A stretch of 64,000 nt of DNA from an uncultured bacterium (lineage in GTDB: Bacteria > Patescibacteriota > Minisyncoccia > Phycocordibacterales > UBA6065): the NCBI GenBank assembly GCA_963841935.1, contig CAWJEP010000005.1:164003-228002 (forward strand), written 5' to 3'. A program made the translations under genes and the position numbers. A model generated the notes under the pieces. That model did not search any database. It was given only the letters and a program-made list of their open reading frames with translations, and was not told the DNA's origin. Shown here in pieces: positions 46,508 to 55,259 of this stretch (position 1 is its first letter; every line of letters starts with the position of its first letter).

Positions 46508-49393
46508 CTAGTTTGGAACAATAAAATTTATTATTTTGTTTTTCACGTAAATTATTTTCGACGGTGTTTTTCCGGAGAGCCATTTCTCTAATTCCGACGC
46601 GGCAAAAGCGACTGCTTTTGCCGCGTCTTCGTCGGCATCCGCGGGCACCTCAATCACCGCGCGAACTTTGCCGTTTACTTGTACGGCAATATTTACTTTG
46701 GCGTCTTTGATAAACGCTTCATCCCACTTAGGCCAATCGGAAAGATGTATGGACTTTTTGTTTCCAAGCGAGCGCCATAATTCTTCGCTTATGTGTGGAG
46801 CGAAAGGCGCGAGAAGCTTCAAATAGCTCTCAAAATCGGCGCGAGCTATTGTCGGCACCTTGTCAAAAGCGTTTTGCAAAATCATAAGCGAACTTATCGC
46901 CGTGTTGAAACGCAAATTGGCGATGTCTTCGGTAACTTTCTTGATTGTTTTGTGTAAAAGCGTGTTTGTCGAAGAAAAAACAGCCTCTGGCGAGCGCGTA
47001 GTCTTAGCGGAGTCGGCGGAGCGCACAAGCGAGCCAGAGGCTGTTTTTTCGGAGACTTTCCACACGCGTTCGATGAACCGCCGCGAGCCAATCATACTGT
47101 CGGTGGACCATGCTATGGCTTGATCGAAAGGTCCCATAAACATTTCGTAAACGCGCAAAGTGTCGGCGCCGTATGTCGCGACTATGTCGTCGGGATTTAC
47201 GACATTGCCGAAACGTTTGGACATTTTTCTGCCGTCTTCGCCCATTATGAGTCCGACCGACTGCAATTTTTTAAACGGCTCGATTGTCGAGACAACGCCA
47301 ATGTCGTAAAGAAATTTGTGCCAAAAACGCGCGTATATGAGATGGCGTGTGGCGTGCTCGGCGCCGCCCACATAAAAGTCCACGCTGTTCCAATATTTTT
47401 CTTTTTTCGGAGAAACTAAAACCTTGGAGTCTTTCGGGTCCATATATCGCAAGTAATACCAAGAGCTCCCTGCCCATTGCGGCATCGTATTCGTCTCTCG
47501 TTTCATTCCTTTGAAATTGACCCATTTAGAAATCTCAGCCAAAGGCGACTCCCCCGTTCCCGTCGGTTCGTAATATTTCACTTTCGGCAATACCACCGGC
47601 AAATCTTTTTCCGAGACCGGCACTATTTTATTTCCGTTATGAAGCACCGGGATCGGCTCACCCCAATAGCGCTGCCGTGAGAAAACCCAATCTTTCAATT
47701 TGTATTTCGTCACCCATTTTCCGCCGGCTTTTTCGATGGCGTTCCTATCGGCAAACGGTTCGTCCTTTACGGGCAACTTGAACTTTTCCGCGAACGCCGC
47801 GTCTCTCTCGTCGTGTTTCGGCACTCCCATCACGGCTCCCGTGCCGTAATCGGCAAGGACATAGTCAGCAATCCAGACCGGCACCTCTTCCCCATTCACT
47901 GGATTTACCGCCTTGATTCCTTTCAATTCAACGCCGGTTTTTTCTTTCTTTGCGTCCGTGCGCTCAATTTCCGTTTTGATTCTCGCGGCGGCGACATATT
48001 TCACGACTTCTTTTTCGTTTTTCACTTCATGCAAAAGTTTTTCCACGAGCGGATGCTCCGGAGAAAGCACGACATACGTCACGCCGAAAAGCGTGTCTGG
48101 ACGAGTAGTGAAAACTTTTATTTTTTCCGTTTGATTTTTTATGGCGAAATCGATTTCCGCGCCTTCGCTTCGGCCAATCCAATTTCTCTGCGCCTCTTTT
48201 ATGGATTCCGGCCAATCAAGAAGCGGCTTCACAATATGGCGTGGCGCGCCGTCCATTACCAAATCCCAGCCGAGTTTCGAACCTTCGGCCGTCATTGCGT
48301 CACGAACTTTTTCCTCGGGAAGCCAAGTGACTTCGTGTTTGGCTTGTTCGTCAGCTACGACAGGAGCTTGTTCGCCGTCTTTTAGTTTGAAATAAAAAGA
48401 AGTGAAATGTCCGACGCGGTTTTCGTCTTTCGGCGGATGGAAAAATGTCGAGTGGTATTGACCGGCGCTTCTTTTCACGAGCGTCAGGTTTTTAAATCCC
48501 GTCTCTTCGAATATTTCCGCTCGCGCCGCTTCTTCCGGCGTCTGGCCTTTTTCGATGCCGCCAGTGATAGGAGTCGTCCAATCCACCTTTTTCCATTTGA
48601 GAACTATAAATTTCTTCTCCGACCAGTGTTCGACAAAAGCGCATATGGCGTTTCTCGGAACAAACGGCTTGTCCAATCTCACTTTGCCCGGAACATCGCT
48701 ATTCATATGGGTGATTCCAAATTCGCCATTCGGCAATGTCTCAAAAATGTCGCCGTTTGGCAAAACATTGGTGTCCAAGTCTTTCAAAAGTCTGTCGGCG
48801 TAATCGGTGATTTTCAAAACCCACTGGCGCATCGGTTTCTTCTCGACCGGCGTGCCGCAGCGCTCGCAGCGACCGTCTTCGACGTCTTCGTTCGCGAGGC
48901 CGGTCTTACACGACGGACACCAATTTATCGGCTCGTATGATTCGTAAGCCAAGCCTTTTTCCAAAAGTTTGAGAAAAATCCATTGCGTCCATTTGTAATA
49001 TTTCGGGTCGGTCGTGTTGATTTCCCTACTCCAATCATAATCAAAACCAATGATTTCCAGCTGTTTTTTGTACCTTGCGACATTTTTCGCCACGGCCACG
49101 ACCGGATTGGTCTTGGTCAAAATGGCGTAATTTTCCGCCGGCAAGCCGAAAGCGTCGAAACCCATTGGATGTAAGACGTTGTGCCCCTGCATCCTTTTCA
49201 TTCGGGAGACGATGTCGGTCGCGATGTAGCCCTTCGGATGGCCGACATGAAGACCTTCGCCCGAAGGATACGGAAACATATCGAGAACATAAAACTTGGG
49301 CTTGGGAGAATCATCCTTGGTCGCGTATATTTTCTTTTTCGCCCACCCCTTCTGCCACTTTTTTTCTATTTTCTTATGGTCGTATTGTTTCAT
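46508..49393 (-). CDS. leuS: Leucyl-tRNA synthetase carrying (i) an inserted NUDIX hydrolase domain and (ii) an in-frame palindromic-element insertion
   Basis: 'HVGHPKGY' HIGH motif, 'KMSKRFGN' and editing/anticodon domains. A Nudix box 'GGIEKGQTPEEAARAEIFEETGF' sits between '...LKDLD' and 'WPESIKEAQRNWIGRSEG'. Start is the ATG at 49393. Confidence 0.9.
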   Translation of the reverse strand: MKQYDHKKIEKKWQKGWAKKKIYATKDDSPKPKFYVLDMFPYPSGEGLHVGHPKGYIATDIVSRMKRMQGHNVLHPMGFDAFGLPAENYAILTKTNPVVAVAKNVARYKKQLEIIGFDYDWSREINTTDPKYYKWTQWIFLKLLEKGLAYESYEPINWCPSCKTGLANEDVEDGRCERCGTPVEKKPMRQWVLKITDYADRLLKDLDTNVLPNGDIFETLPNGEFGITHMNSDVPGKVRLDKPFVPRNAICAFVEHWSEKKFIVLKWKKVDWTTPITGGIEKGQTPEEAARAEIFEETGFKNLTLVKRSAGQYHSTFFHPPKDENRVGHFTSFYFKLKDGEQAPVVADEQAKHEVTWLPEEKVRDAMTAEGSKLGWDLVMDGAPRHIVKPLLDWPESIKEAQRNWIGRSEGAEIDFAIKNQTEKIKVFTTRPDTLFGVTYVVLSPEHPLVEKLLHEVKNEKEVVKYVAAARIKTEIERTDAKKEKTGVELKGIKAVNPVNGEEVPVWIADYVLADYGTGAVMGVPKHDERDAAFAEKFKLPVKDEPFADRNAIEKAGGKWVTKYKLKDWVFSRQRYWGEPIPVLHNGNKIVPVSEKDLPVVLPKVKYYEPTGTGESPLAEISKWVNFKGMKRETNTMPQWAGSSWYYLRYMDPKDSKVLVSPKKEKYWNSVDFYVGGAEHATRHLIYARFWHKFLYDIGVVSTIEPFKKLQSVGLIMGEDGRKMSKRFGNVVNPDDIVATYGADTLRVYEMFMGPFDQAIAWSTDSMIGSRRFIERVWKVSEKTASGSLVRSADSAKTTRSPEAVFSSTNTLLHKTIKKVTEDIANLRFNTAISSLMILQNAFDKVPTIARADFESYLKLLAPFAPHISEELWRSLGNKKSIHLSDWPKWDEAFIKDAKVNIAVQVNGKVRAVIEVPADADEDAAKAVAFAASELEKWLSGKTPSKIIYVKNKIINFIVPN
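46974..47050. repeat. Palindromic repeat element copy D inserted in frame within leuS (arms aaaaaacagcctctgg / ccagaggctgtttttt)
   Basis: Core gagcgcgtagtcttagcggagtcggcggagcgcacaagcgag. It is translated as ...KTASGSLVRSADSAKTTRSPEAVFS... in LeuRS. Confidence 0.8.
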
Positions 49394-49823
49394 TTTTAAA
49401 TTTGCGCAGAGCGAGATATATGAGTGCGATGAGAGCAATGCCGAGAATGACGACTCTCATCCAGCCGTAAGCCGACGACCAATATCTGAAAGACGCTATG
49501 ACAAGCGTGAGTATTCCGGAGAACGAAAGCGATGTGGAAACCACGGCATTTGTTTTCAAAAAGAAACTTAGGACGATGAGAATGACTCCGACGGCGACGA
49601 GAGTCATAAAGACTTCCGCCTGATAATTATTTTCCGCGGCGGTGTAATTATTTGAGCAAATGACATCGTTGGATTGCGGCGTAATAACGTCCGTTTGCGG
49701 GCAGAAATCGTTATATTGTGGCTCTTGGTAAATAAGCGAAAGAGAATAATTTATGAACATATTGGCGACGATGACGATGCCAATGATGAGCGACCATTTG
49801 AGAAGTTTTGATTGCTTTTGCAT
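49374..49823 (-). CDS. Hypothetical membrane protein (3-4 TM)
   Basis: Hydrophobic helices. It overlaps the leuS start by about 20 nt. Confidence 0.5.
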   Translation of the reverse strand: MQKQSKLLKWSLIIGIVIVANMFINYSLSLIYQEPQYNDFCPQTDVITPQSNDVICSNNYTAAENNYQAEVFMTLVAVGVILIVLSFFLKTNAVVSTSLSFSGILTLVIASFRYWSSAYGWMRVVILGIALIALIYLALRKFKNETIRP

Positions 49824-49847
49824 GAGTGTAATATAGCATTTCACCAC

Positions 49848-49932
49848 AAAAATAAAAAACGCACGTATTTTCTCGCTTGTGCGCTTCGCTCCGACTTACG
49901 CGCTCGAAAAATACGTACGTTTTTTATTTTTT
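49848..49932. repeat. Palindromic repeat element copy E (core reverse-complemented relative to copies A-D; arms aaaaacgcacgtatttt / aaaatacgtacgttttt, one mismatch)
   Basis: ctcgcttgtgcgcttcgctccgacttacgcgctcg is the exact reverse complement of the core of copy A. Confidence 0.85.
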
Positions 49933-49945
49933 GTAACAACCGACT

Positions 49946-50191
49946 TTACATCTTCGGGGCCATTGCCGCGTCCGACGCGCAAGTCTTGCAATCCTTCTTG
50001 TGGGTAAAGACTAGGACAAGCGCCGAAACGCCGACTAGAACATAGACCAATGCCTCAAGCCACGGCCACGAGCCGAGGAGAAGATTGACCACGTTCCAGT
50101 TGCCGCCGAACCAATCTCCCAAACCGACGAGTCCCCAGTTGAGGCCGCCGATTATGAGAAGAATGAAGGCGATTTTATGAGTTGCTCTCAT
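49946..50191 (-). CDS. DUF378-family small membrane protein
   Basis: 'KIAFILLIIGGLNWGLVGL' is the DUF378 signature. Confidence 0.7.
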   Translation of the reverse strand: MRATHKIAFILLIIGGLNWGLVGLGDWFGGNWNVVNLLLGSWPWLEALVYVLVGVSALVLVFTHKKDCKTCASDAAMAPKM

Positions 50192-50316
50192 TTTTCGTAA
50201 AAAATTAATGAATAATGTCTGCGACTTACGCTACATATTTTACCATTTTGGCGATATCTAGAGATTATAAGTTATCCACTACTCCAAGTCGTCCAAACTG
50301 CGAATTTCATTGGCTA

Positions 50317-52062
50317 TTAGGAAAATCTCTGGTCTATATCGCCCATCTTTTTGTGAACGACTTTCTCTATGTCGCTGATGTTGTTCTTGAGGCGTTTAAT
50401 GAGCGCTTCTTCTTCGTTCGTAAGTGTCCGACGAGTTTTGGCGCGTTCCAAAAGTCGTATGTGGTCTTCAAGGTCTTCTTGAAGAACCTTAAACGAATTG
50501 TCAATGACGAATTCCGCTCCGTGTAATTCTTTGCGGAAATTTTTCTTCATCAGACGGAGTTTGTATGTCGCGAAAAAGACAAGAAATATAAGAAGGAATA
50601 TAAGAGCGAGGGTTGGAATGATGATGATTAGAGCATTCAAGGCGTACGAACCTATGACGAAGATAATGGGCGTGCTTACGATAACCACCACGCTTTGCGA
50701 AGGTAAACTTTTCGCCCCGCGACTGTCGGTCGCTACGGCATAGATAGTGTAAGCGCCGGATGTCAATGGTTTTTCAAATACCGCTGACCAACTGCCGCTC
50801 TTGTCCGAAGTAACTTGGTTGTCAATCGGAGTGTTGCTACCGCTTGTCGCAAAGACGTCAATGGTCACGTTGGGAAGAGCCGTTCCCGTGATTCTTACCA
50901 AATCGCCGTTTTTGGCCTGTTGCGGATACTCGGTAATGGAAGGAGTCGCAATGCCGACAACATTCACGTCAACGGAGGCGATGTCAAAGTTGCCGGCTCC
51001 GTCAAACACTTTACCAATAATGGAATGGTCGCCGGGAGCGAGAGGCCCCGTATTGTAGACACCGGTTCCGTCATCAACCCATTTGACCGGGTCGGCTTTG
51101 TCAATCTGAATCGTGTAATACGGCGTGCCGGAAATACTGTCCAAGGATGAAAGAGACAGCTGTACATTGGGGTCGGTCGGGTCGCTTCGCGGGATTTCTT
51201 TCATCACGAAAGATTCCGGCGGCGTGGTATCCACTTTTATGACGAAGTCCGATATGGCTCCCCAGCCATTCGCGTTTTCATCCTGTACGTGGAAATGCCA
51301 TACACCGGGTGTTATATCCGTTAGCTCTTTTGAACTTATGGCCGGCTTATAGACAACCGTCGGAACAGCATCCGACAACCTGCCGAAAAGAACCCGGGTG
51401 GCGATGGTGTCCGGTGAATTATTCCACGAGAGTTCGGCTGTCGTGCTCGTGTACCAATCGTTTTGGTTCGGATGCGTTGACGAAGTAATATTCGGAGCGG
51501 GTGGCGTGCCGGAAGAAGGAACAAAGGACGGCGTCGCCGGAACGACAACCTGACCGTTACTGGTTCCTAAAGTAAACGACGCGGAACCGATGGTCTTGAG
51601 AATGTTTGTCCCTTGTCCGTCATTGGCCAAAACCGACGCCGAAGAAAACGAGACTGGCGCCGAGCCGCCGGCGATAACTTTGAAATTGATAGTCGCGACG
51701 ACGGCGTCCGGACCTTGAAAACCGGGATTGGGAATTATACCCTCGAAGGAAACCGTGCCAGCGGCGTTTGAAAACGTCGGTTGGGTTACCCAAAGAGTCA
51801 CGACTGACCCAGTCGTTGAGACCGACGATACTTGCAGTTTATCCGTGGGAAAATTAATTAGACCGGAGACGGCGTTTATTGATTGGGCGGCGCTTGAAAC
51901 GACGACTTGAACCGAGAATGAATTGTCGAGATTGTATGTTCCACTTGACGGAGAAAGAATGAGAGAGTCGTCGGCGTAGACGACACTTGTTGACATTGCA
52001 AAAACCGCGAGAGAGACAACTAACGCGTAGAAAAACGCCGCGAATATATGAGGTACACGCAT
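50317..52062 (-). CDS. Surface protein: signal peptide, cohesin-like domain, Ig-like domains, C-terminal TM anchor and cytoplasmic coiled-coil tail
   Basis: The cohesin-like beta-sandwich 'LILSPSSGTYNLDNSFSVQVVVSS...ATINFKVIAGGSAPVSF' and a C-terminal 'IIIIPTLALIFLLIFLVFF' helix. Confidence 0.65.
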   Translation of the reverse strand: MRVPHIFAAFFYALVVSLAVFAMSTSVVYADDSLILSPSSGTYNLDNSFSVQVVVSSAAQSINAVSGLINFPTDKLQVSSVSTTGSVVTLWVTQPTFSNAAGTVSFEGIIPNPGFQGPDAVVATINFKVIAGGSAPVSFSSASVLANDGQGTNILKTIGSASFTLGTSNGQVVVPATPSFVPSSGTPPAPNITSSTHPNQNDWYTSTTAELSWNNSPDTIATRVLFGRLSDAVPTVVYKPAISSKELTDITPGVWHFHVQDENANGWGAISDFVIKVDTTPPESFVMKEIPRSDPTDPNVQLSLSSLDSISGTPYYTIQIDKADPVKWVDDGTGVYNTGPLAPGDHSIIGKVFDGAGNFDIASVDVNVVGIATPSITEYPQQAKNGDLVRITGTALPNVTIDVFATSGSNTPIDNQVTSDKSGSWSAVFEKPLTSGAYTIYAVATDSRGAKSLPSQSVVVIVSTPIIFVIGSYALNALIIIIPTLALIFLLIFLVFFATYKLRLMKKNFRKELHGAEFVIDNSFKVLQEDLEDHIRLLERAKTRRTLTNEEEALIKRLKNNISDIEKVVHKKMGDIDQRFS

Positions 52063-52895
52063 ATGCTTAATTCAAGAATTATTATAACAAAAATAATCAA
52101 GGCAAGTCGATGATGCGGTGCATAAACCATTTCAACGCGAATATTGCCTGATTTATCAACGGCTTTTACGTAAACCTTTTGGATGCCGGACTGATTGGAA
52201 AGCTCGTAAGGACTTGTTGCTATCTTCCAATCGCCCGCGCTCGGCGGAAAAAGGAATGTCTCGGCTATTTCAAAGTGGTCAATGCCGCTATCCTTATCCG
52301 TGGTATCAAACGAAACGAAATATTTTCCGCCAAATAAAGAATCGCTGCGCGAGATGAGCGGAGTAAACTGCTCCGGCGGGATAGTGTCGGAAATTTCCGC
52401 CCTCTGCGGATACTTGGCAACCGGAGCGATGGTGAAAGTAAGAGGTAAAGATGAAGCGGTTATTTCCGTACCAAGACCGTCGTTTTTCAAAAGAGTCATT
52501 TCGTCAACGGAAACCATGGCGTCGCCTTCCTTCTCGGCGCTAAACAGAAGAGTAAAGATTACTTGATGAGCTCCTTCCAGGCCGCCGGGAATGATTCCGG
52601 AGAAAGATATTTCGTTCGTCGTAGTCCCATATGTCGGACGTTCTATCCAAAGCGGCACGACGGAATTGTCGTATTCAATACCCTGGAAGGAAAGCGTGTC
52701 GGAGAAAGACACGGCACCGGAAAGAGCGTTCACCGAATCGTTGGCAGATGAGAAAGAAAGTGACGTGAGGAAACTGTCGCCTTGGTGAACTTGCGTTGCC
52801 GGCGCGTCAAAGCCGACAGACGCGGCGTAGATAAAGGCAAAAGGCGCCAAAAGAAAAATAAAAGTGAAAAATGAAATGTAAAAATTTTTATGCAT
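52020..52895 (-). CDS. Surface protein with cohesin-like domain and C-terminal TM anchor
   Basis: Signal peptide 'MHKNFYISFFTFIFLLAPFAFIYA', cohesin-like 'FLTSLSFSSANDSVNALSGAVSF...VIFTLLFSA' and a C-terminal TM 'LALIIFVIIILELSICVYLI'. Confidence 0.6.
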   Translation of the reverse strand: MHKNFYISFFTFIFLLAPFAFIYAASVGFDAPATQVHQGDSFLTSLSFSSANDSVNALSGAVSFSDTLSFQGIEYDNSVVPLWIERPTYGTTTNEISFSGIIPGGLEGAHQVIFTLLFSAEKEGDAMVSVDEMTLLKNDGLGTEITASSLPLTFTIAPVAKYPQRAEISDTIPPEQFTPLISRSDSLFGGKYFVSFDTTDKDSGIDHFEIAETFLFPPSAGDWKIATSPYELSNQSGIQKVYVKAVDKSGNIRVEMVYAPHHRLALIIFVIIILELSICVYLIYSRRFSTR

Positions 52896-52899
52896 AGTA

Positions 52900-54252
52900 T
52901 TATCCCGTCCAATGCGAGGCCATGATACTGAAGTCAACGAGGTCAACCTTGCCGTCACCGTTTAAGTCCGCCGACTTTGGCGGATTTGAACGATTAAACC
53001 AATACGCGAGAATGGAAAAATCAATGAGATTTACCTTACCGTCGCAGTTTATGTCTGATTTTATGCAAGCGGTGGAAACTGGTACTAAAACGTCTTGCGT
53101 GCCGACGGAGAAACCAACCGAGGCGCTAAACTCGCTTATATTGCCTTGAGTTGAGGATTTTGATTTCGTCGTGTGGTCGCCGTAGTCAAGCGGCGTGGTA
53201 TCAAGATTGTAAAGATAAATACCGCTTTTATCCGACGCGGTAACTCCAAAAAGGGTCTGGTCGGAATTTACTTGTATGGTAACCGTGCTTGAAGCGGATG
53301 TTTGCCCGAAAATAGCAAGATTGTCGCCTTTCTTAACCTCGCTTTTATCAACGGCAATGGTGGGAACGATGAAAATACTCCCAATGTTTGTCGTCACGCC
53401 GGATGTCACGCTTGCCGGAAACGTTAAGAGGTCGGAACGCCGTCCCGCGTTGTCGCTTCCATAAACGGAAAACAAATAATTTCCCGCCGGGACACCGCTT
53501 ACCTCTACTTGAAAATTAGCGTCGGCGTCGGCAATAGTGGAAGCGACAACTTGAGCATCTTCAAGAATCGTCACATCACTTGACGGATACGCCCGACCAG
53601 AAAAAATCACGTTGCCCATGCCGGAGGGAGTTGAATTATAATTTCCGCCGCCGCCCCCTCCACCACCTCCTCCGCCTCCACCTCCACCACCGCCTCCACC
53701 GCCGCCACCTGATGATGCCGGAGTCGCGGAGACCTCGGACGAAGTCGCGATAACATTGCTGAACGTGTCCAATACATCCACCACAAAATAGTAAGTCGTG
53801 CCATTGGAAAGACCTGTTTGCGCGTGAGAAAACGTGTTACCGACGGAAGTGAAAGAGTAAGGTCCGCCCGGCGTCGTCCCCTGCCCTATTGAATATCCGG
53901 AAATGCTAAGTCCGCTTCCGGCGGTTGCCGACGTCCAAGACAAAGATACTTGAGAATCGCCGGGAGTCGTCTGGACGACGGGCGAAGAAAAATAGGGAAA
54001 ATAAAGAAAACCACCTAGAACGTCAAAAGAGTTCCCCGTTGAGATGCCTATGGCCGCCTGGTCCATGGCTCCGAGCAATTCAAAACTATTGGACGAACTA
54101 TAATTCCCGGAGTTTATAATCGGATTACGGACTTGATAATCAGAGGAATAGAATGTTTGTGAATGAACGGGTTTTATGTTTAAAAAAAATGTGCCGGAAA
54201 TTAGCAATAAACAAATTAGAAAAAATTGTTTCTGTAAATTTTTAAAATACAT
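52900..54252 (-). CDS. Secreted protein with FN3/Ig-like domains, a (Gly)23 linker and a C-terminal type-I dockerin domain
   Basis: Two Ca-binding dockerin repeats 'DINCDGKVNLIDFSILAYWF' and 'DLNGDGKVDLVDFSIMASHW', a 23-Gly run and a signal peptide. Confidence 0.7.
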   Translation of the reverse strand: MYFKNLQKQFFLICLLLISGTFFLNIKPVHSQTFYSSDYQVRNPIINSGNYSSSNSFELLGAMDQAAIGISTGNSFDVLGGFLYFPYFSSPVVQTTPGDSQVSLSWTSATAGSGLSISGYSIGQGTTPGGPYSFTSVGNTFSHAQTGLSNGTTYYFVVDVLDTFSNVIATSSEVSATPASSGGGGGGGGGGGGGGGGGGGGGGNYNSTPSGMGNVIFSGRAYPSSDVTILEDAQVVASTIADADANFQVEVSGVPAGNYLFSVYGSDNAGRRSDLLTFPASVTSGVTTNIGSIFIVPTIAVDKSEVKKGDNLAIFGQTSASSTVTIQVNSDQTLFGVTASDKSGIYLYNLDTTPLDYGDHTTKSKSSTQGNISEFSASVGFSVGTQDVLVPVSTACIKSDINCDGKVNLIDFSILAYWFNRSNPPKSADLNGDGKVDLVDFSIMASHWTG

Positions 54253-54272
54253 GTTCTAAAAACCCATGTGGT

Positions 54273-55217
54273 TTATTGCGTCTGTCCGTCAGTGGTATCC
54301 GATGCGGTAGTTGTTTCAACAGTCGGCGCCGGCGTTTCGGTTGTGGATGTGGCCTCCAGCGTTGGCTCTTGAGTCGTATCCGAAGTTGACGTGGCGGTTT
54401 CCGAAGTCTCTGTTGAAGTTGTAGCCGTCGCGGTCGTGTAATCGGTTGCCGTTTCTGTAGTTGTCGCGGTTGCGGTTTCAGTTGTAGTTGCGGTTGAAGT
54501 TGTCGCGGTTGCGGTTGAAGTTGAAGTTACGGTTGAAGTTACCGTCGGTTCTTGCGCGGATTCCGTTTGAGATGAAGTCGGATTTGAAGTCTGGTTTACT
54601 TGGGATTCCGGGTTCGGAGTAGAAACTACGACCGATGTTTGCCTTGCTTCTACGGTAGCGGCAACTTCCGGAACGGCTTCCGGTATGACCGGATTATAAC
54701 CTTCTATGATTTCTGTTCTGGGATTCAAGAATTTTCCGATAAGGCCGGAATATTCCACCGTAACTACTTTTTGAGACGACCCTGCCGCTTCTTCCAGTTT
54801 CTGAACTCTTTTCAAAGAAGATAGTTCGTAGTTGATATTGTCACTCAACTCTTTTGCAACATAGAGCCCGAGGTCTTTATCGCCCAAAGCCGCCTTGCTT
54901 ACCGTCAAAGTTTTTTCTACCTGTTTTACCTGCCAGGCACCGTCAACAATTGCCAGCGTCTGATAGGAATAATCGGCATAATAATTTTTATCGTCATCGG
55001 TAATGGAATTTATCTTCAGATTGAAATTAAAGTTATCCAAATCGGTAGAAAGAATCAAACTATTATCCACGGAAGTCACTGCGGTTCTGCTGGAATATAT
55101 ACTATCGCGCGCCGTTGGGCTGGCGGCAAAAACTATTCCGGAACTAAAAAAACAAACGATAAAAACAATGGTAAAAGCGTTATTGTATTTTACGAAATTG
55201 AGAACTTTTTTATACAT
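54273..55217 (-). CDS. Secreted protein with a Thr/Ser-rich mucin-like C-terminal tail
   Basis: Signal peptide, then about 100 residues dominated by T/S/A/E ('TSTVTSTSTATATTSTATTTETATATTTETAT...'). Confidence 0.6.
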   Translation of the reverse strand: MYKKVLNFVKYNNAFTIVFIVCFFSSGIVFAASPTARDSIYSSRTAVTSVDNSLILSTDLDNFNFNLKINSITDDDKNYYADYSYQTLAIVDGAWQVKQVEKTLTVSKAALGDKDLGLYVAKELSDNINYELSSLKRVQKLEEAAGSSQKVVTVEYSGLIGKFLNPRTEIIEGYNPVIPEAVPEVAATVEARQTSVVVSTPNPESQVNQTSNPTSSQTESAQEPTVTSTVTSTSTATATTSTATTTETATATTTETATDYTTATATTSTETSETATSTSDTTQEPTLEATSTTETPAPTVETTTASDTTDGQTQ

Positions 55218-55259
55218 ATTCGGCTTTAATTATAGTGAAAAAAAAGATGTAAAGCAATA

